DNA of 64,000 bases from an uncultured Actinomycetota bacterium (GTDB lineage Bacteria; Actinomycetota; Actinomycetes; JAFAQI01; DASSKL01): contig CAVSIP010000001.1 in assembly GCA_963728075.1 (NCBI GenBank), positions 684,251 to 748,250 of the forward strand, given 5' to 3'. A model generated the notes under the pieces. It made no database searches and was not told where the DNA came from. It saw only the letters and a list, made by a program, of their open reading frames with translations. Shown in pieces: positions 9,676-22,188 of the stretch (positions are counted from its first letter, which is position 1; each line of letters starts with the position of its first letter). The translations under genes were made by a program, and so were the position numbers.

Positions 9676-11253
9676 CTACTGCGCGAGCCAGACTGCTGTG
9701 TCCGGAGGCAGGGTGGTCGTGCCGACCGCCGGCGCGCTGTGCAGCAGCACCTCGCCGTCCGGCAGCGGCGCGTCCACACCACCCATGTTCACCGCGCAGA
9801 CGACCGCCCGGCCACCGTCGCGGCCGGGACGTCGGAACGCCAGCACGTCGCCGCCGAGGTCCAGCCACTGCAGCGTGCCGTCACCGAGGGCGGGCTGGCT
9901 CCGACGTGCGGACAGGCAGCGCCGGTACCAGGACAGCATCGACTGCCCGTCCTGCGCCTGCTGCTCGGCAGTGACGCCGTTCCAGCCGGCTGGCTGCGGA
10001 AGCCACGGCTGGCCGGAGCGGGCGGAGAAGCCGTACGGGGGGATGTCACCCGACCAGGGCAGCGGCACCCGGCAGCCGTCACGGCCGGGCCGGGTGTGCC
10101 CCGACCGCTCCCACACCGGGTCCTGGCGCGCGGCCTCGGGCACCTCGACGTCCGCCAGCCCGAGCTCCTCGCCCTGGTACAGGTAGACGGGCCCGGGCAG
10201 GGCGAGCAGCAGCAGCAGCGCGGCGCGCGCCCGTCGGGCTCCCTGCTCGCCGGCGCCGTAGCGGGTCACGTGCCGCGGCACGTCGTGGTTGGACAGCACC
10301 CACGTGGTCGGCGCTCCGACAGCGCCGAGACCGGCCAGTGACTTCTCGATCGCGGCCCGCATCGGCTGCCGCTGCCAGGGCGCGAGCAGCAGCCGGAAGT
10401 TGAACGCGAGGTTGAGCTCGTCCGGCCGTACGTACTCCGCCACCGCCAGGGGGTCACCGAGCCAGATCTCGCCGACGGCCATGCGCTCGCCGGGATAGGC
10501 GTCGAGGACACGCCGCCAGGAGCGGTACACCTCGTGCACCTCGGGCTGGTTCCACATCGGCATGTGCTCGACGGTCTCGGCGATGATGTTGCCCTGGCCG
10601 CGGGGATGGTCGGGCATCGCGGGGTCCTTGAACAGCCCATAGGCGACGTCGATGCGGAACCCGTCGACGCCACGGTCCAGCCAGAAGCGCAGGGTGTGCT
10701 CGAAGTCTGCGGCCACGTCCGGGTGCCGCCAGTCGAGGTCGGGCTGCTCCGGCGCGAACAGGTGCAGGTACCACTGGCCGTCGGCTACCTGCGTCCAGGC
10801 GGGGCCACCGAACGTCGACACCCAGTTGTTCGGCGGCTGCTCGCCGCGGGGCCCCTTGCCGTGCCGGAACAGGAACCGCCGCCGGGCGTCGCTGCCCGGC
10901 CCGGCAGCGAGCGCTTCCTGGAACCAGGGGTGCCGGTCGCTGACGTGGTTGGGCACGATGTCGACGGTCAGCCGCAGGCCGTGGTCGTGGGCGTCGTGCA
11001 CCAGCGCATCGAACGCGTCGAGGTCACCGAACAGCGGGTCGACGTCGCGCGGGTCGGCGACGTCGTACCCGTGGTCGGCCTGCGGAGAGCGGTAGAACGG
11101 CGTCAGCCACAGGGCGTCCACGCCCAGGTCGCGCAGGTAGGGGAGTCGCCGACGGATGCCCTCGAGGTCGCCGACCCCGTCGCCGGATGCGTCGGCGAAG
11201 CTGCGGACGTAGATCTCGTAGAACACGGCGTCGCGCCACCACGGTCGGGCCAT
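9676..11253 (-). CDS. GH13 alpha-glucosidase / oligo-1,6-glucosidase family
   Basis: 525 aa. The N-terminus WWRDAVFYEIYVRSFADASGDGVGDL and GVDGFRIDV are typical of GH13 alpha-amylase-family catalytic domains. Confidence 0.85.
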   Translation of the reverse strand: MARPWWRDAVFYEIYVRSFADASGDGVGDLEGIRRRLPYLRDLGVDALWLTPFYRSPQADHGYDVADPRDVDPLFGDLDAFDALVHDAHDHGLRLTVDIVPNHVSDRHPWFQEALAAGPGSDARRRFLFRHGKGPRGEQPPNNWVSTFGGPAWTQVADGQWYLHLFAPEQPDLDWRHPDVAADFEHTLRFWLDRGVDGFRIDVAYGLFKDPAMPDHPRGQGNIIAETVEHMPMWNQPEVHEVYRSWRRVLDAYPGERMAVGEIWLGDPLAVAEYVRPDELNLAFNFRLLLAPWQRQPMRAAIEKSLAGLGAVGAPTTWVLSNHDVPRHVTRYGAGEQGARRARAALLLLLALPGPVYLYQGEELGLADVEVPEAARQDPVWERSGHTRPGRDGCRVPLPWSGDIPPYGFSARSGQPWLPQPAGWNGVTAEQQAQDGQSMLSWYRRCLSARRSQPALGDGTLQWLDLGGDVLAFRRPGRDGGRAVVCAVNMGGVDAPLPDGEVLLHSAPAVGTTTLPPDTAVWLAQ

Positions 11254-11262
11254 GCGGCGACG

Positions 11263-12138
11263 CTATCGACCGGTGGGGGTGCCTTCCTCCGCCTGGGGTG
11301 GGCCGGCGATCACGTCGTCGCAGCTGCGCTCGTCCGGCAGCAGCGGCCGGAACGCGAGCAGCCACGTCGTCCCCCCGGAGGTCCACTGGGTGTTCGTGTT
11401 GGCCTGCTGCACATCCGCCTGCACCGCGGCCAGGTCCGTGCCGCGCAGGACGAGGCAGCGTCCGCCCACCAGCTCGGTGCCCGTGGCCGGGTCCGGGCCC
11501 CGCCAGGTGGCGGTGCCGGGCTGCGGCTGCTGGGCCGGGTCCACGTCACCGTACGGCTGGGCCAGCACTGCGAGGGCGTCGAAGTCGTACGCCGACGTCC
11601 CGGTGGCTGCGGCCGACAGGTGCTCGACGAGCGTCACGAGCTGGCCGCGGGCCCTCTGCTGTGCCGGCGTGAGCCCGGCCCCCTGAGCCTCGCGCAGCGC
11701 CTCGACGGAGACCGTCGACGTCCGGCCGTCGCGGAGCACGGTGAACACCGTGGCGGGTGCGTCGGCGACCGGCGGCTGCCCGTAGTCGTGCGGCCGGCCG
11801 TCGACGCCGGCGGCGACCGCCTCGTCGACCAGCTCGCGGACCCGCTGCTCGCTCACCCGGCCGACCTGGACGTTGGGCAGCGCCGGCGGGGGATAGATCT
11901 CGCTCTGCGGGCCCGGCACGAACACGCGCCCGTCGCCGTAGACGGTGACCAGCGGGATCTCGCCGAACCGGCCCGCGGGCTGCACGAAGCCGCCGGCGTA
12001 GCGCACCTGGATCGACGGCGCGCGCACCGCGCCGTCGCTGGCACCGCCGTCACCTGACCGGACCGTCTGGGTGGTGCCCCCTGCGCAGGCGGCGAGGAGA
12101 GGGGCCGCGAGCAGGCCGGCGAGGAGCGCTCGTCTCAT
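11263..12138 (-). CDS. hypothetical lipoprotein
   Basis: ORF trimmed to ATG at 12138 (MRRALLAGLLAAPLLAACAGG lipobox). No known domain. Confidence 0.45.
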   Translation of the reverse strand: MRRALLAGLLAAPLLAACAGGTTQTVRSGDGGASDGAVRAPSIQVRYAGGFVQPAGRFGEIPLVTVYGDGRVFVPGPQSEIYPPPALPNVQVGRVSEQRVRELVDEAVAAGVDGRPHDYGQPPVADAPATVFTVLRDGRTSTVSVEALREAQGAGLTPAQQRARGQLVTLVEHLSAAATGTSAYDFDALAVLAQPYGDVDPAQQPQPGTATWRGPDPATGTELVGGRCLVLRGTDLAAVQADVQQANTNTQWTSGGTTWLLAFRPLLPDERSCDDVIAGPPQAEEGTPTGR

Positions 12139-12657
12139 GCCCCCTGGGACGCGAGCGGGCGGCGTGCGGTTCCCGCTGCCGGCCGGACTAGCCCGGCGGA
12201 GGCATGCCGTCCGCTCATTCGGCTGATTTTCCGTCGGACCCGCTTGCGACACGCCGTGCTGACCTGGGAGAACGCGCGTTGTCGCAGGTCAGAGGCCAGT
12301 TGCGATCGTGTACGCGGTTGGTTACGTTGCGCGGCGTCCCCACCGGACATCCCGACCACGGAGGCGGTCGTGCCCCCAGCTCCCACCGGGTCAGCGGTCG
12401 CGCCCACGACGGCGCAGTGCCGCGGTGCCAGGCCCGGCGGACGGGGTCACCGGTGCGTCACCGCTCCGGTCGGGAGGCTGCGAGCCGGGTAGGGCCCGGG
12501 ACCGGCCAGTAGACAACGGCGGCGCACGGGCAGCCAGCACCGTGCGGCGTCGGTCCGAAGGTCGGCCCGGGTCCTCCGCCCGGGGCACGCTCGGGCCGCC
12601 TCTCGCGTTGTAGCGTCGAACAGCGAGGACGCGAGCGGCGGAGGAGGTGGGCGACGT

Positions 12658-14280
12658 GTGCAGCGCGCGACGCGTCGTGCCGTGTCGTCCCCGTCGTTGA
12701 CCGCCCTGCAGCGTCCGGTCCTGGCCCGCCGCCGGGCAGCGGCCCGGACCCTGCCGGCTGGGGCCCGGACGCTGCTGGGAGCGGCTGCCGGCCTGGCGGT
12801 GTGGAGCGCCTTCCCCCCGCTCGACTGGTGGCCGCTTGCCGTCGTCGGGGTGGCGCTGCTCTGGTTCGCCGTACGTGGCGCCCGCGCGCGGGTCGGCGCA
12901 CTCGTCGGTCTCGTCGCGGGTCTCGCGACGTTCGTGCCCATGCTCACCTGGCTGCGGACCCTCGGCATCGACGCCTGGCTGCTGCTGGCGCTCAGCCAGG
13001 CACTGTGGTTCGCCGCCTTCGGCGCGGCGCTCACCGTGGCCGGCCGGCTACCCGCCTGGCCGCTGTGGGGGGCCTGCTTGTGGGTCACCCTGGAGTGGGC
13101 GCGCAGCCGCGTCCCGCTGGGCGGGTTCAGCTGGGGCCGGCTGGGCTTCGCGATGCCCGACGCGCCGATGGGGGCGTACGCGGCCCTCGGTGGCGTACCG
13201 GTGGTGACCTTCGCCGTGGCCGTCGCCGGTGGCCTGCTCGCCTGGTTGCTCGTGCAGGCACGCCGGTCCCGGGCGGTGCTGACGGTCGCCGCGCTGGGCG
13301 CGCTCGCGGCCGTCCTCACTGGGGGGCTCGCCGTGCCGCTGCCCACGGCGGGGGAGCGGGGGACGGGACCCGCCCGGCTGCAGGTCGCCATCGTGCAGGG
13401 CAACGTGCCGCGCCTCGGCCTGGACGCCTTCGCCCAGGCGCGGGCGGTCGTGACCAACCACGCCCGCGAGACCGAGCGGCTCGCAGCCGACGTGCGGGCG
13501 GGCCGCCGACCCGCGCCGGACCTCGTCGTCTGGCCCGAGAACTCCACCGACGTCGACCCCAGCAGGGACGCTCAGGTGCACGAGCTCATCACCCAGGCCG
13601 TTCGCGCGGTGGGCGTGCCGACGATGGTGGGCGCGGTTCTCGACGGGCCCGGGAGCGGGCACGTCCGCAACGCGAGCGTGGTCTGGGACCCGCGGACGGG
13701 ACCCGGTGACAGTTATGTCAAGCAGCACCTGGTGCCGTTCGGGGAGTACGTGCCGCTGCGCTCGGTGCTCGCCAGCGCCATCGGGCGGTTCTCGCTCGTC
13801 CCGCGCGACTTCGTGGCCGGCACCAAGCCGGGCGTGCTGCACACCGGACCGGTCACGGTGGCGGACGTGATCTGCTTCGAGGTGGCCTACGACGGCATCG
13901 TGCGCGAGGCGGTGAACGGTGGTGGCCGGCTGCTCGTCGTGCAGACCAACGACGCCACGTACGAGCACAAGGGGGACAACGGTCATGGGGGCGAGACGGC
14001 CCAGCAGCTGGAGATCACGCGGATGCGCGCGATCGAGCACGGCCGGGCCGCGGTGATCGCCGCCACGAGCGGGGTGTCGGCCGTCATCGCCCCGGACGGC
14101 ACGGTGCGACAGCGCAGCGCGGTGTTCCGTCCCGCCGTGCTCGACGCGGAGGTGCCACTGCGGGACAGCCGTACGCTGGCGGACCGGGTCGGGGCGACGC
14201 CGGAGTGGGTGCTGGCGCTGCTGGGGCTCGTCGTGGTGGCGGGCGCCGCCGTGCGGCGCCGGTGGGAGGCACGGCCGTGA
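12658..14280 (+). CDS. lnt: apolipoprotein N-acyltransferase (Lnt / Ppm2)
   Basis: N-terminal multi-TM region plus C-terminal CN-hydrolase domain (VVWPENS, VICFEVAYD catalytic Cys). Synteny with ppm1. Confidence 0.85.
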   Translation: MQRATRRAVSSPSLTALQRPVLARRRAAARTLPAGARTLLGAAAGLAVWSAFPPLDWWPLAVVGVALLWFAVRGARARVGALVGLVAGLATFVPMLTWLRTLGIDAWLLLALSQALWFAAFGAALTVAGRLPAWPLWGACLWVTLEWARSRVPLGGFSWGRLGFAMPDAPMGAYAALGGVPVVTFAVAVAGGLLAWLLVQARRSRAVLTVAALGALAAVLTGGLAVPLPTAGERGTGPARLQVAIVQGNVPRLGLDAFAQARAVVTNHARETERLAADVRAGRRPAPDLVVWPENSTDVDPSRDAQVHELITQAVRAVGVPTMVGAVLDGPGSGHVRNASVVWDPRTGPGDSYVKQHLVPFGEYVPLRSVLASAIGRFSLVPRDFVAGTKPGVLHTGPVTVADVICFEVAYDGIVREAVNGGGRLLVVQTNDATYEHKGDNGHGGETAQQLEITRMRAIEHGRAAVIAATSGVSAVIAPDGTVRQRSAVFRPAVLDAEVPLRDSRTLADRVGATPEWVLALLGLVVVAGAAVRRRWEARP

Positions 14281-15056
14281 GCGGCGCCGACCGGGTGCTC
14301 GTGGCGATGCCGACGTACAACGAGCGGGACTCGCTGCCGCGGACGCTGGCCCGGCTGCGCGCGGCGGTACCCGACGTCGACGTCGTCGTCGTCGATGACG
14401 CCAGCCCGGACGGTACGGGGGAGCTGGCCGACCAGCTCGCCGCCGCGGACCCGGCCGTCCATGTGCTGCACCGGGCGGGCAAGCAGGGGCTGGGGGCGGC
14501 CTACATCGCGGCCTTCCGGTGGGCGATCGAGCGCGGCTACGACGCAGTGGTCGAGATGGACGCCGACGGCTCGCACGCGCCCGAGGAGCTCCCGCAGCTG
14601 CTCGCCGCCCTCCGTGACGCGGACGTCGTCCTCGGCTCTCGCTGGGTGCCCGGCGGTGCGGTGGAGAACTGGCCGTGGCCGCGCCGGGTGCTCAGCCGGG
14701 GCGGCAACGCCTACACCCGCATGCTGCTGGGCCTGCCGCTGCGCGATGCGACGGGCGGGTACCGGGTGTACCGGCGACACGTCCTGGAGGCGCTGCCGCT
14801 CGCCGAGATCGCCTCGCAGGGCTACTGCTTCCAGGTCGACCTCGCGTGGCGGGCCTGGCGGGCCGGTTTCCGGGTGGTGGAGGTGCCGATCACCTTCGTG
14901 GAACGGGCGGCGGGGACGAGCAAGATGAGCCGGGCCATCGTCGCCGAGGCGTTGTGGCGGGTCACCGTCTGGGGGCTGCGCAGCGGTCGCTCACGAGCCC
15001 GGCGGCGGGCCCGGGGACCGCAGGCACGACCGCCGCAGACGGAGGCGCCGGTCTGA
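14277..15056 (+). CDS. ppm1: polyprenol-phosphate mannosyltransferase Ppm1 (GT2, Dpm1-like)
   Basis: GTG start overlaps the lnt stop (GTGA). GT2 motifs VAMPTYNE and VVVVDDASPDGT. Confidence 0.8.
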   Translation: MSGADRVLVAMPTYNERDSLPRTLARLRAAVPDVDVVVVDDASPDGTGELADQLAAADPAVHVLHRAGKQGLGAAYIAAFRWAIERGYDAVVEMDADGSHAPEELPQLLAALRDADVVLGSRWVPGGAVENWPWPRRVLSRGGNAYTRMLLGLPLRDATGGYRVYRRHVLEALPLAEIASQGYCFQVDLAWRAWRAGFRVVEVPITFVERAAGTSKMSRAIVAEALWRVTVWGLRSGRSRARRRARGPQARPPQTEAPV

Positions 15057-15514
15057 TGGCCGCCGTGCTCGTGCTGGCGTTCATCGTGACGCCGCTGGTC
15101 GAGCTGTATGTGTTCTTCCAGGTGGGCGGCGCCATCGGCTTCCTGCCGACGATCGCCCTGCTGTTCGCCATCAGCGTGCTCGGCGGCACGCTCGTCCGGC
15201 GTGAGGGCGGACGGGCCTGGCAGCGGCTGCGGGAGGCGGTCACCGCGGGGCGGCTGCCGGGCCGCGAGGTCGCCGACGGGGCGCTCGTGCTCGTCGGCGG
15301 CACCCTGCTGCTCACGCCGGGGTTCGTCACGGATGCGCTCGGCCTGGTCCTCCTGCTGCCGCTCACCCGGCCGGTCGCGCGCCGCCTGGTGACCCGGGTC
15401 GCCGCCAGGCGCGTCACGGTGCACGTCGGTGGCGGCGGGCCGTACGACCGGCCGCCGGCATCCGGTCGTGTGGTGGACGCCGAGGTGGTCGACGACGACG
15501 AGCCCCGACCGTGA
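15056..15514 (+). CDS. fxsA: FxsA family membrane protein
   Basis: ATG overlaps the ppm1 stop (TGATG). N-terminus LVELYVFFQVGGAIGFLPT is typical of FxsA. Confidence 0.65.
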   Translation: MAAVLVLAFIVTPLVELYVFFQVGGAIGFLPTIALLFAISVLGGTLVRREGGRAWQRLREAVTAGRLPGREVADGALVLVGGTLLLTPGFVTDALGLVLLLPLTRPVARRLVTRVAARRVTVHVGGGGPYDRPPASGRVVDAEVVDDDEPRP

Positions 15515-15567
15515 CCGGGCAGGCCGAAGGCCGCGCACCGCAACGCGGCACGCGGCCTTCGGCAGGC

Positions 15568-15912
15568 TCAGGCGCTCTTCTTGGTCTTCCCGCGGAGCAC
15601 GGCGAGCCGCTCGGCGAGGACCTCCTCGAGGTCGTCGACCGTCCGGCGCTCCATGAGCATGTCCCAGTGGGTACGCGCGGGCTTCTCCTTCTTCGGCTCC
15701 GGCAGCTCGCCGTCCACGATGATCGCGACGGCGCCGCAGACGCGGCACTCCCAGGAGGCCGGCACCTCGGCCTCCTCGGACAGGGGCACGGCGAAGCGGT
15801 GCCCGCGCGGGCAGTCGTACGCCACCTCGCGCCGAGGCGCCAGGTCGGTCCGGCGGTCGGTCTCATAGCTCACAGCCCCGAGTCGGGTTCCTCGGAGCAC
15901 TCGGTCACCCAT
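15568..15912 (-). CDS. rbpA: RNA polymerase-binding protein RbpA
   Basis: Trimmed to ATG at 15912. MGDRVLRGTRLGAVSYETDR...LPEPKKEKPARTHWDMLMERR closely matches mycobacterial RbpA. Confidence 0.85.
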   Translation of the reverse strand: MGDRVLRGTRLGAVSYETDRRTDLAPRREVAYDCPRGHRFAVPLSEEAEVPASWECRVCGAVAIIVDGELPEPKKEKPARTHWDMLMERRTVDDLEEVLAERLAVLRGKTKKSA

Positions 15913-16079
15913 GGTCACTGCCTCCGCGTCGAGTCGCTCGTGTGTGGCAACGAGCAGAACGCCGAAAGGATTCCCGCGAGTTCGGTCACACAACCCGCCG
16001 GAGCCGTTGCCCCTTCCCCGCTCGGAGGGCTAATGCCGATAATGGACATTATGTCAAGTCGCGGCCCGAGCGGTGCACG

Positions 16080-16580
16080 ATGACCTCCCCGGAGCGGCCG
16101 TACGCCGTGATCGACCTCGACGGCGTCCTGGCGGACGTCCGGCACCGGCTGCACCACCTGAGCGGCCGGCCGAAGGACTGGGAGGCGTTCTTCGCCGGCA
16201 TCCCGGACGACCCGCCGCTGTCCGCGGGCGTCGAGCTGGTGCGCCTGCTGGCCATGGACCACGAGGTCGTGTACGTCACCGGGCGGCCGGAGCGCACGCG
16301 CGCGGTCACCGAGGCCTGGCTGGCGCGCCACGGGCTGCCGGGTGGGCGGCTGGTCATGCGGCGGGACGGCGACCGCCGGCCGGCCCGGGTGGCCAAGCCC
16401 GAGCTCGTCCGGTCGCTCGCCCGGCGCCGGCCGGTGGCCCTCGTCGTCGACGACGACGAGGCGGTGTGCGCCGCGTTCGCGGCGGCCGGGTGGCCGGTGC
16501 AGCACGCCGACTGGATGCACGCGGACACCGACGATTCCGTCGTGCTGAGGCAGGCCCAGGAACGGCTCGGCCGTACGTGA
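16080..16580 (+). CDS. HAD-like hydrolase (polynucleotide 3'-phosphatase-like fold) / conserved hypothetical
   Basis: ATG at 16080. N-terminal AVIDLDGVLAD (DxDG HAD motif I) and VVDDDEAV (motif IV-like). Confidence 0.4.
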   Translation: MTSPERPYAVIDLDGVLADVRHRLHHLSGRPKDWEAFFAGIPDDPPLSAGVELVRLLAMDHEVVYVTGRPERTRAVTEAWLARHGLPGGRLVMRRDGDRRPARVAKPELVRSLARRRPVALVVDDDEAVCAAFAAAGWPVQHADWMHADTDDSVVLRQAQERLGRT

Positions 16581-16739
16581 CCGGTCAGATCAGGACGTAC
16601 CGGACTAGTCCCCCCGACATGTCGGATACGCCGAACAGCCCATGCACAGATGTCCGCGTGGCGGATGCAGCCGAACCGCATCCGGGCCGACACTCGTAAC
16701 ACGAAGTACCAGACGCACCACCGGACCGGAGGCACGCCG

Positions 16740-16937
16740 ATGTGCCCGCACCAGCCGCACTGCCCAGCCGCTGAGGACGCCGACCGCGACGCCGCTCGCG
16801 TCGTCGCCGCCCACCCCGAGCAGGGCTGGAGCCTGCTGTGCAACGGCATCGTGGCCTTCGAGGACACCGGCGAGCTGCTGCCCGACGGCCGGATCGTCGC
16901 CCCCCACCGGCCCACCGACCACGCGCCGGCGGCCTGA
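16740..16937 (+). CDS. DUF5999-type small conserved actinobacterial protein
   Basis: ATG at 16740 with a GGAGG RBS 9 nt upstream. MCPHQPHCPAAED...GWSLLCNGIVAFEDTGELLPDG matches the small protein commonly found beside gcvP in actinomycetes. Confidence 0.55.
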   Translation: MCPHQPHCPAAEDADRDAARVVAAHPEQGWSLLCNGIVAFEDTGELLPDGRIVAPHRPTDHAPAA

Positions 16938-16959
16938 CTCCCCCGGCACACCGCCCGGT

Positions 16960-19842
<2,883 letters not shown>

Positions 19843-19859
19843 GGGGCCTCCCCTGGTCT

Positions 19860-20100
19860 GCGCCCACGGCGCGGGTGGTCGGCTCCCCCTCTGTCCCTGC
19901 AGCGTCGGCTGCTACCTGAGAGCTTCACCGGCCGGGGGCGTTCCCGCCCCGTACCGGCTTGCACCGTCGGTGAGCCGCCCGTGGCCGGAACGGCTGCTTT
20001 CCAGAGTCGCCTCGCCCGCACGGTCCTGGCGCCTGAGAGGTTCCGGGGAGGTTGCTCCTTCGGCGCTCGCCGCCGGCTGCGGCGAGACTCTCCCGCGTGG
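19860..20100 (-). promoter_or_regulatory. tandem glycine riboswitch (two aptamers) in the gcvP leader
   Basis: Minus-strand transcript contains two aptamer-like units. Aptamer 1: ACGCGGGAGAGUCUCGCC...GGCGAGCGCCGAAGGAGCAACCUCCCC...CUCUCAGGCGCCAGGACCG. Aptamer 2: CUCUGGAAAG...CACCGACGGUGCAAGCCGG...CUCUCAGG. These match the GGAGAG / CACCGAAGGxGCAA / CUCUGGAGAG core of the glycine riboswitch. Confidence 0.75.
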
Positions 20101-20174
20101 GGTCGTCAGCACCTCGAAACTACCAGTGCCCGCCCCGCAGCGGCCGCCGACGGGCCGCGCCGCGCTGTCTCGGG

Positions 20175-20750
20175 TCAGGCGGAGGTACGGCGACGACGCC
20201 GCGCGGCGAGCTCGTCGCTGGTCGCCTCGGTGCCCGGCTGCGCCTCACCAGGCAGCTCGGACAGCGATCCCTCGACCTCGCGGACGACCCGGCCGACGGC
20301 GATGCCGAACACCGCCTGGCCACCCTGCAGCAGGTCCACCACCTCGTCCGGCGAGGTGAGCTCGTAGATGGTCGTCCCGTCGCTCATGAGCGTGAGCTGC
20401 GCGAGGTCGTCCACGCCGCGCTCGCGCAGGTGCTCGACCGCCGAGCGGATGTTCTGCAGGGAGACGCCGGAGTCGAGCAGCTTCTTGACGACCTTGAGGA
20501 CCAGGATGTCGCGGAAGGAGTACAGCCGCTGCGAGCCGGAGCCGTGGGCCGGGCGGATGCTCGGCTCGACCAGCCCGGTACGGGCCCAGTAGTCGAGCTG
20601 CCGGTAGGTGATCCCGGCCGCGGCGCAGGCCGTGGGACCGCGGTAGCCGGTCCCCTCCCCCGGGCGGTCCTCGTCGGCGAACAGCGCCTGTTGCTCACCC
20701 TGCACCGGCACGGGTGCGGGCACGTCGCTCGAGGTGCGCTCACCGGACAC
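20175..20750 (-). CDS. MerR family transcriptional regulator (Rv1830/FtsR-like)
   Basis: HTH region TACAAAGITYRQLDYWARTGLVEPS. Position matches the mycobacterial gcvB-Rv1830 arrangement. Confidence 0.8.
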   Translation of the reverse strand: MSGERTSSDVPAPVPVQGEQQALFADEDRPGEGTGYRGPTACAAAGITYRQLDYWARTGLVEPSIRPAHGSGSQRLYSFRDILVLKVVKKLLDSGVSLQNIRSAVEHLRERGVDDLAQLTLMSDGTTIYELTSPDEVVDLLQGGQAVFGIAVGRVVREVEGSLSELPGEAQPGTEATSDELAARRRRRTSA

Positions 20751-20907
20751 GTCGGCCTCCGCTTCTCCACCGGCCGCAAGGACGACCAGGAACTTGGACG
20801 GTAGGCAGCGCCGGTGCCGGCGTCAATTGTCGCGCCCGGCGCGTCGAAACCCTCAACCTCATGTGGAGCCTCACCTCACGTCCGCCCTGATGCGGAGGCG
20901 CTACGGC

Positions 20908-21387
20908 TCACGAGCCGGTCTGGAAGTCCTCCGGCGTGATGGAGTCGAGGAACTCGCGGAACTTCTCCACCTCGGTCTCCTGCTCGTCCGGGATGGCCAG
21001 CCCGGCCTCGTCGAGCACCGCATCGGCGGCGAGAATGGTGGTCCCGGAGCGGATCGCGAGGGCGATCGCGTCCGACGGCCGGGCGGAGACCGTCACGCCG
21101 CTCGCGAAGTGCAGCTCGGCGAAGAAGACGCCGTCGCGCAGCTCGGTGATGTGCACCGCCTGCAGCGGTGACTCCAGGGCCTCGAGCACGTCCTTGAACA
21201 GGTCGTGGGTGAGCGGACGGGCCGGCACCACACCCTGCTGGGCGAAGGCGATCGCCGTGGCCTCCACGGCGCCGATCCAGATCGGGAGGTACCGGTCCCC
21301 GGCCGCTTCCTTGAGCAGGACGATCGGCTGGTTCGACGGGAGCTCGACGCGGACGCCGACAACGGTGACCTCGTTCACGTCTGCCAC
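20908..21387 (-). CDS. bifunctional nuclease family protein (DUF151, Rv1829-like)
   Basis: 159 aa. VTVVGVRVELPSNQPIVLLKE...DRYLPIWIG is typical of the DUF151/BFN family. Confidence 0.75.
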   Translation of the reverse strand: MADVNEVTVVGVRVELPSNQPIVLLKEAAGDRYLPIWIGAVEATAIAFAQQGVVPARPLTHDLFKDVLEALESPLQAVHITELRDGVFFAELHFASGVTVSARPSDAIALAIRSGTTILAADAVLDEAGLAIPDEQETEVEKFREFLDSITPEDFQTGS

Positions 21388-21439
21388 CGTACCCCCGGTC
21401 GCGGGCGTCGTGGCAGCCCCGACGGGCCCTGACCTGGGC

Positions 21440-22186
21440 TCAGCGGGACAGGACGGGGCGCAGCCCGGACTTGACGAGTGCCGCGTGCAGCTTCACCGAC
21501 AGCGCGGCGATCTCCCGGGCCACCTCGTCGGCGTGGGCACGTGCCTCCGGGTTGCGCTGGCGCACCAGCGGGGTCACCACCTGCTCGACCAGGCCGACCT
21601 CGCGGTCCGCCGCCGCCTTGAACGCCCGCAGGTGGCGCGCCTCGATGCCGAACTGGGCCAGCTCCCCGACGGTGCGGGCGACGATGAGGGCGTCCCCGTC
21701 GTAGTGGCCGTTCCCCCGCGGGGTCACCAGCCCGAACTCCTCGAGCTTGGCCAGCTGCTCGCCGTCCAGACCGGCCGCCTCGAGCAGCTCCTCGCGGGAG
21801 AGCCGCAGCTCGCTGGGCTCGGCCCGGAACGCGTCCGGACCGGGCAGCCCCTCGGCCGCGACGAGGGCGCGGGGTACGCGTGGGCCGGCACCGGGCGTCG
21901 CGGGCGGCTCGAGCCCTCGGTCGAGTGCCTCGAGGTGGCTCTTGATGACGCGCAGCGGAAGGTACTGGTCGCGCTGGGCGGCCAGGACGTAGCGCAGGCG
22001 TGCGACGTCCTCCCGCGAGAACTTGCGGTAGCCCGCCGGGGTTCGCTCGGGCTGGACCAGGCCCTCGGACTCCAGGAAGCGGATCTTGGAGATCGTGACG
22101 TCGGGGAACTCGCCGCGCAGCTGCCCGAGCACCTCGCCGATGCTCATGAACGCGCGACCGGTGCTCGCCGGCTGCGGGGAGGTCAT
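21440..22186 (-). CDS. MerR family transcriptional regulator (Rv1828-like)
   Basis: MSIGEVLGQLRGEFPDVTISKIRFLESEGLV HTH plus a long C-terminal domain, as in Rv1828. Confidence 0.8.
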   Translation of the reverse strand: MTSPQPASTGRAFMSIGEVLGQLRGEFPDVTISKIRFLESEGLVQPERTPAGYRKFSREDVARLRYVLAAQRDQYLPLRVIKSHLEALDRGLEPPATPGAGPRVPRALVAAEGLPGPDAFRAEPSELRLSREELLEAAGLDGEQLAKLEEFGLVTPRGNGHYDGDALIVARTVGELAQFGIEARHLRAFKAAADREVGLVEQVVTPLVRQRNPEARAHADEVAREIAALSVKLHAALVKSGLRPVLSR

Positions 22187-22188
22187 CG

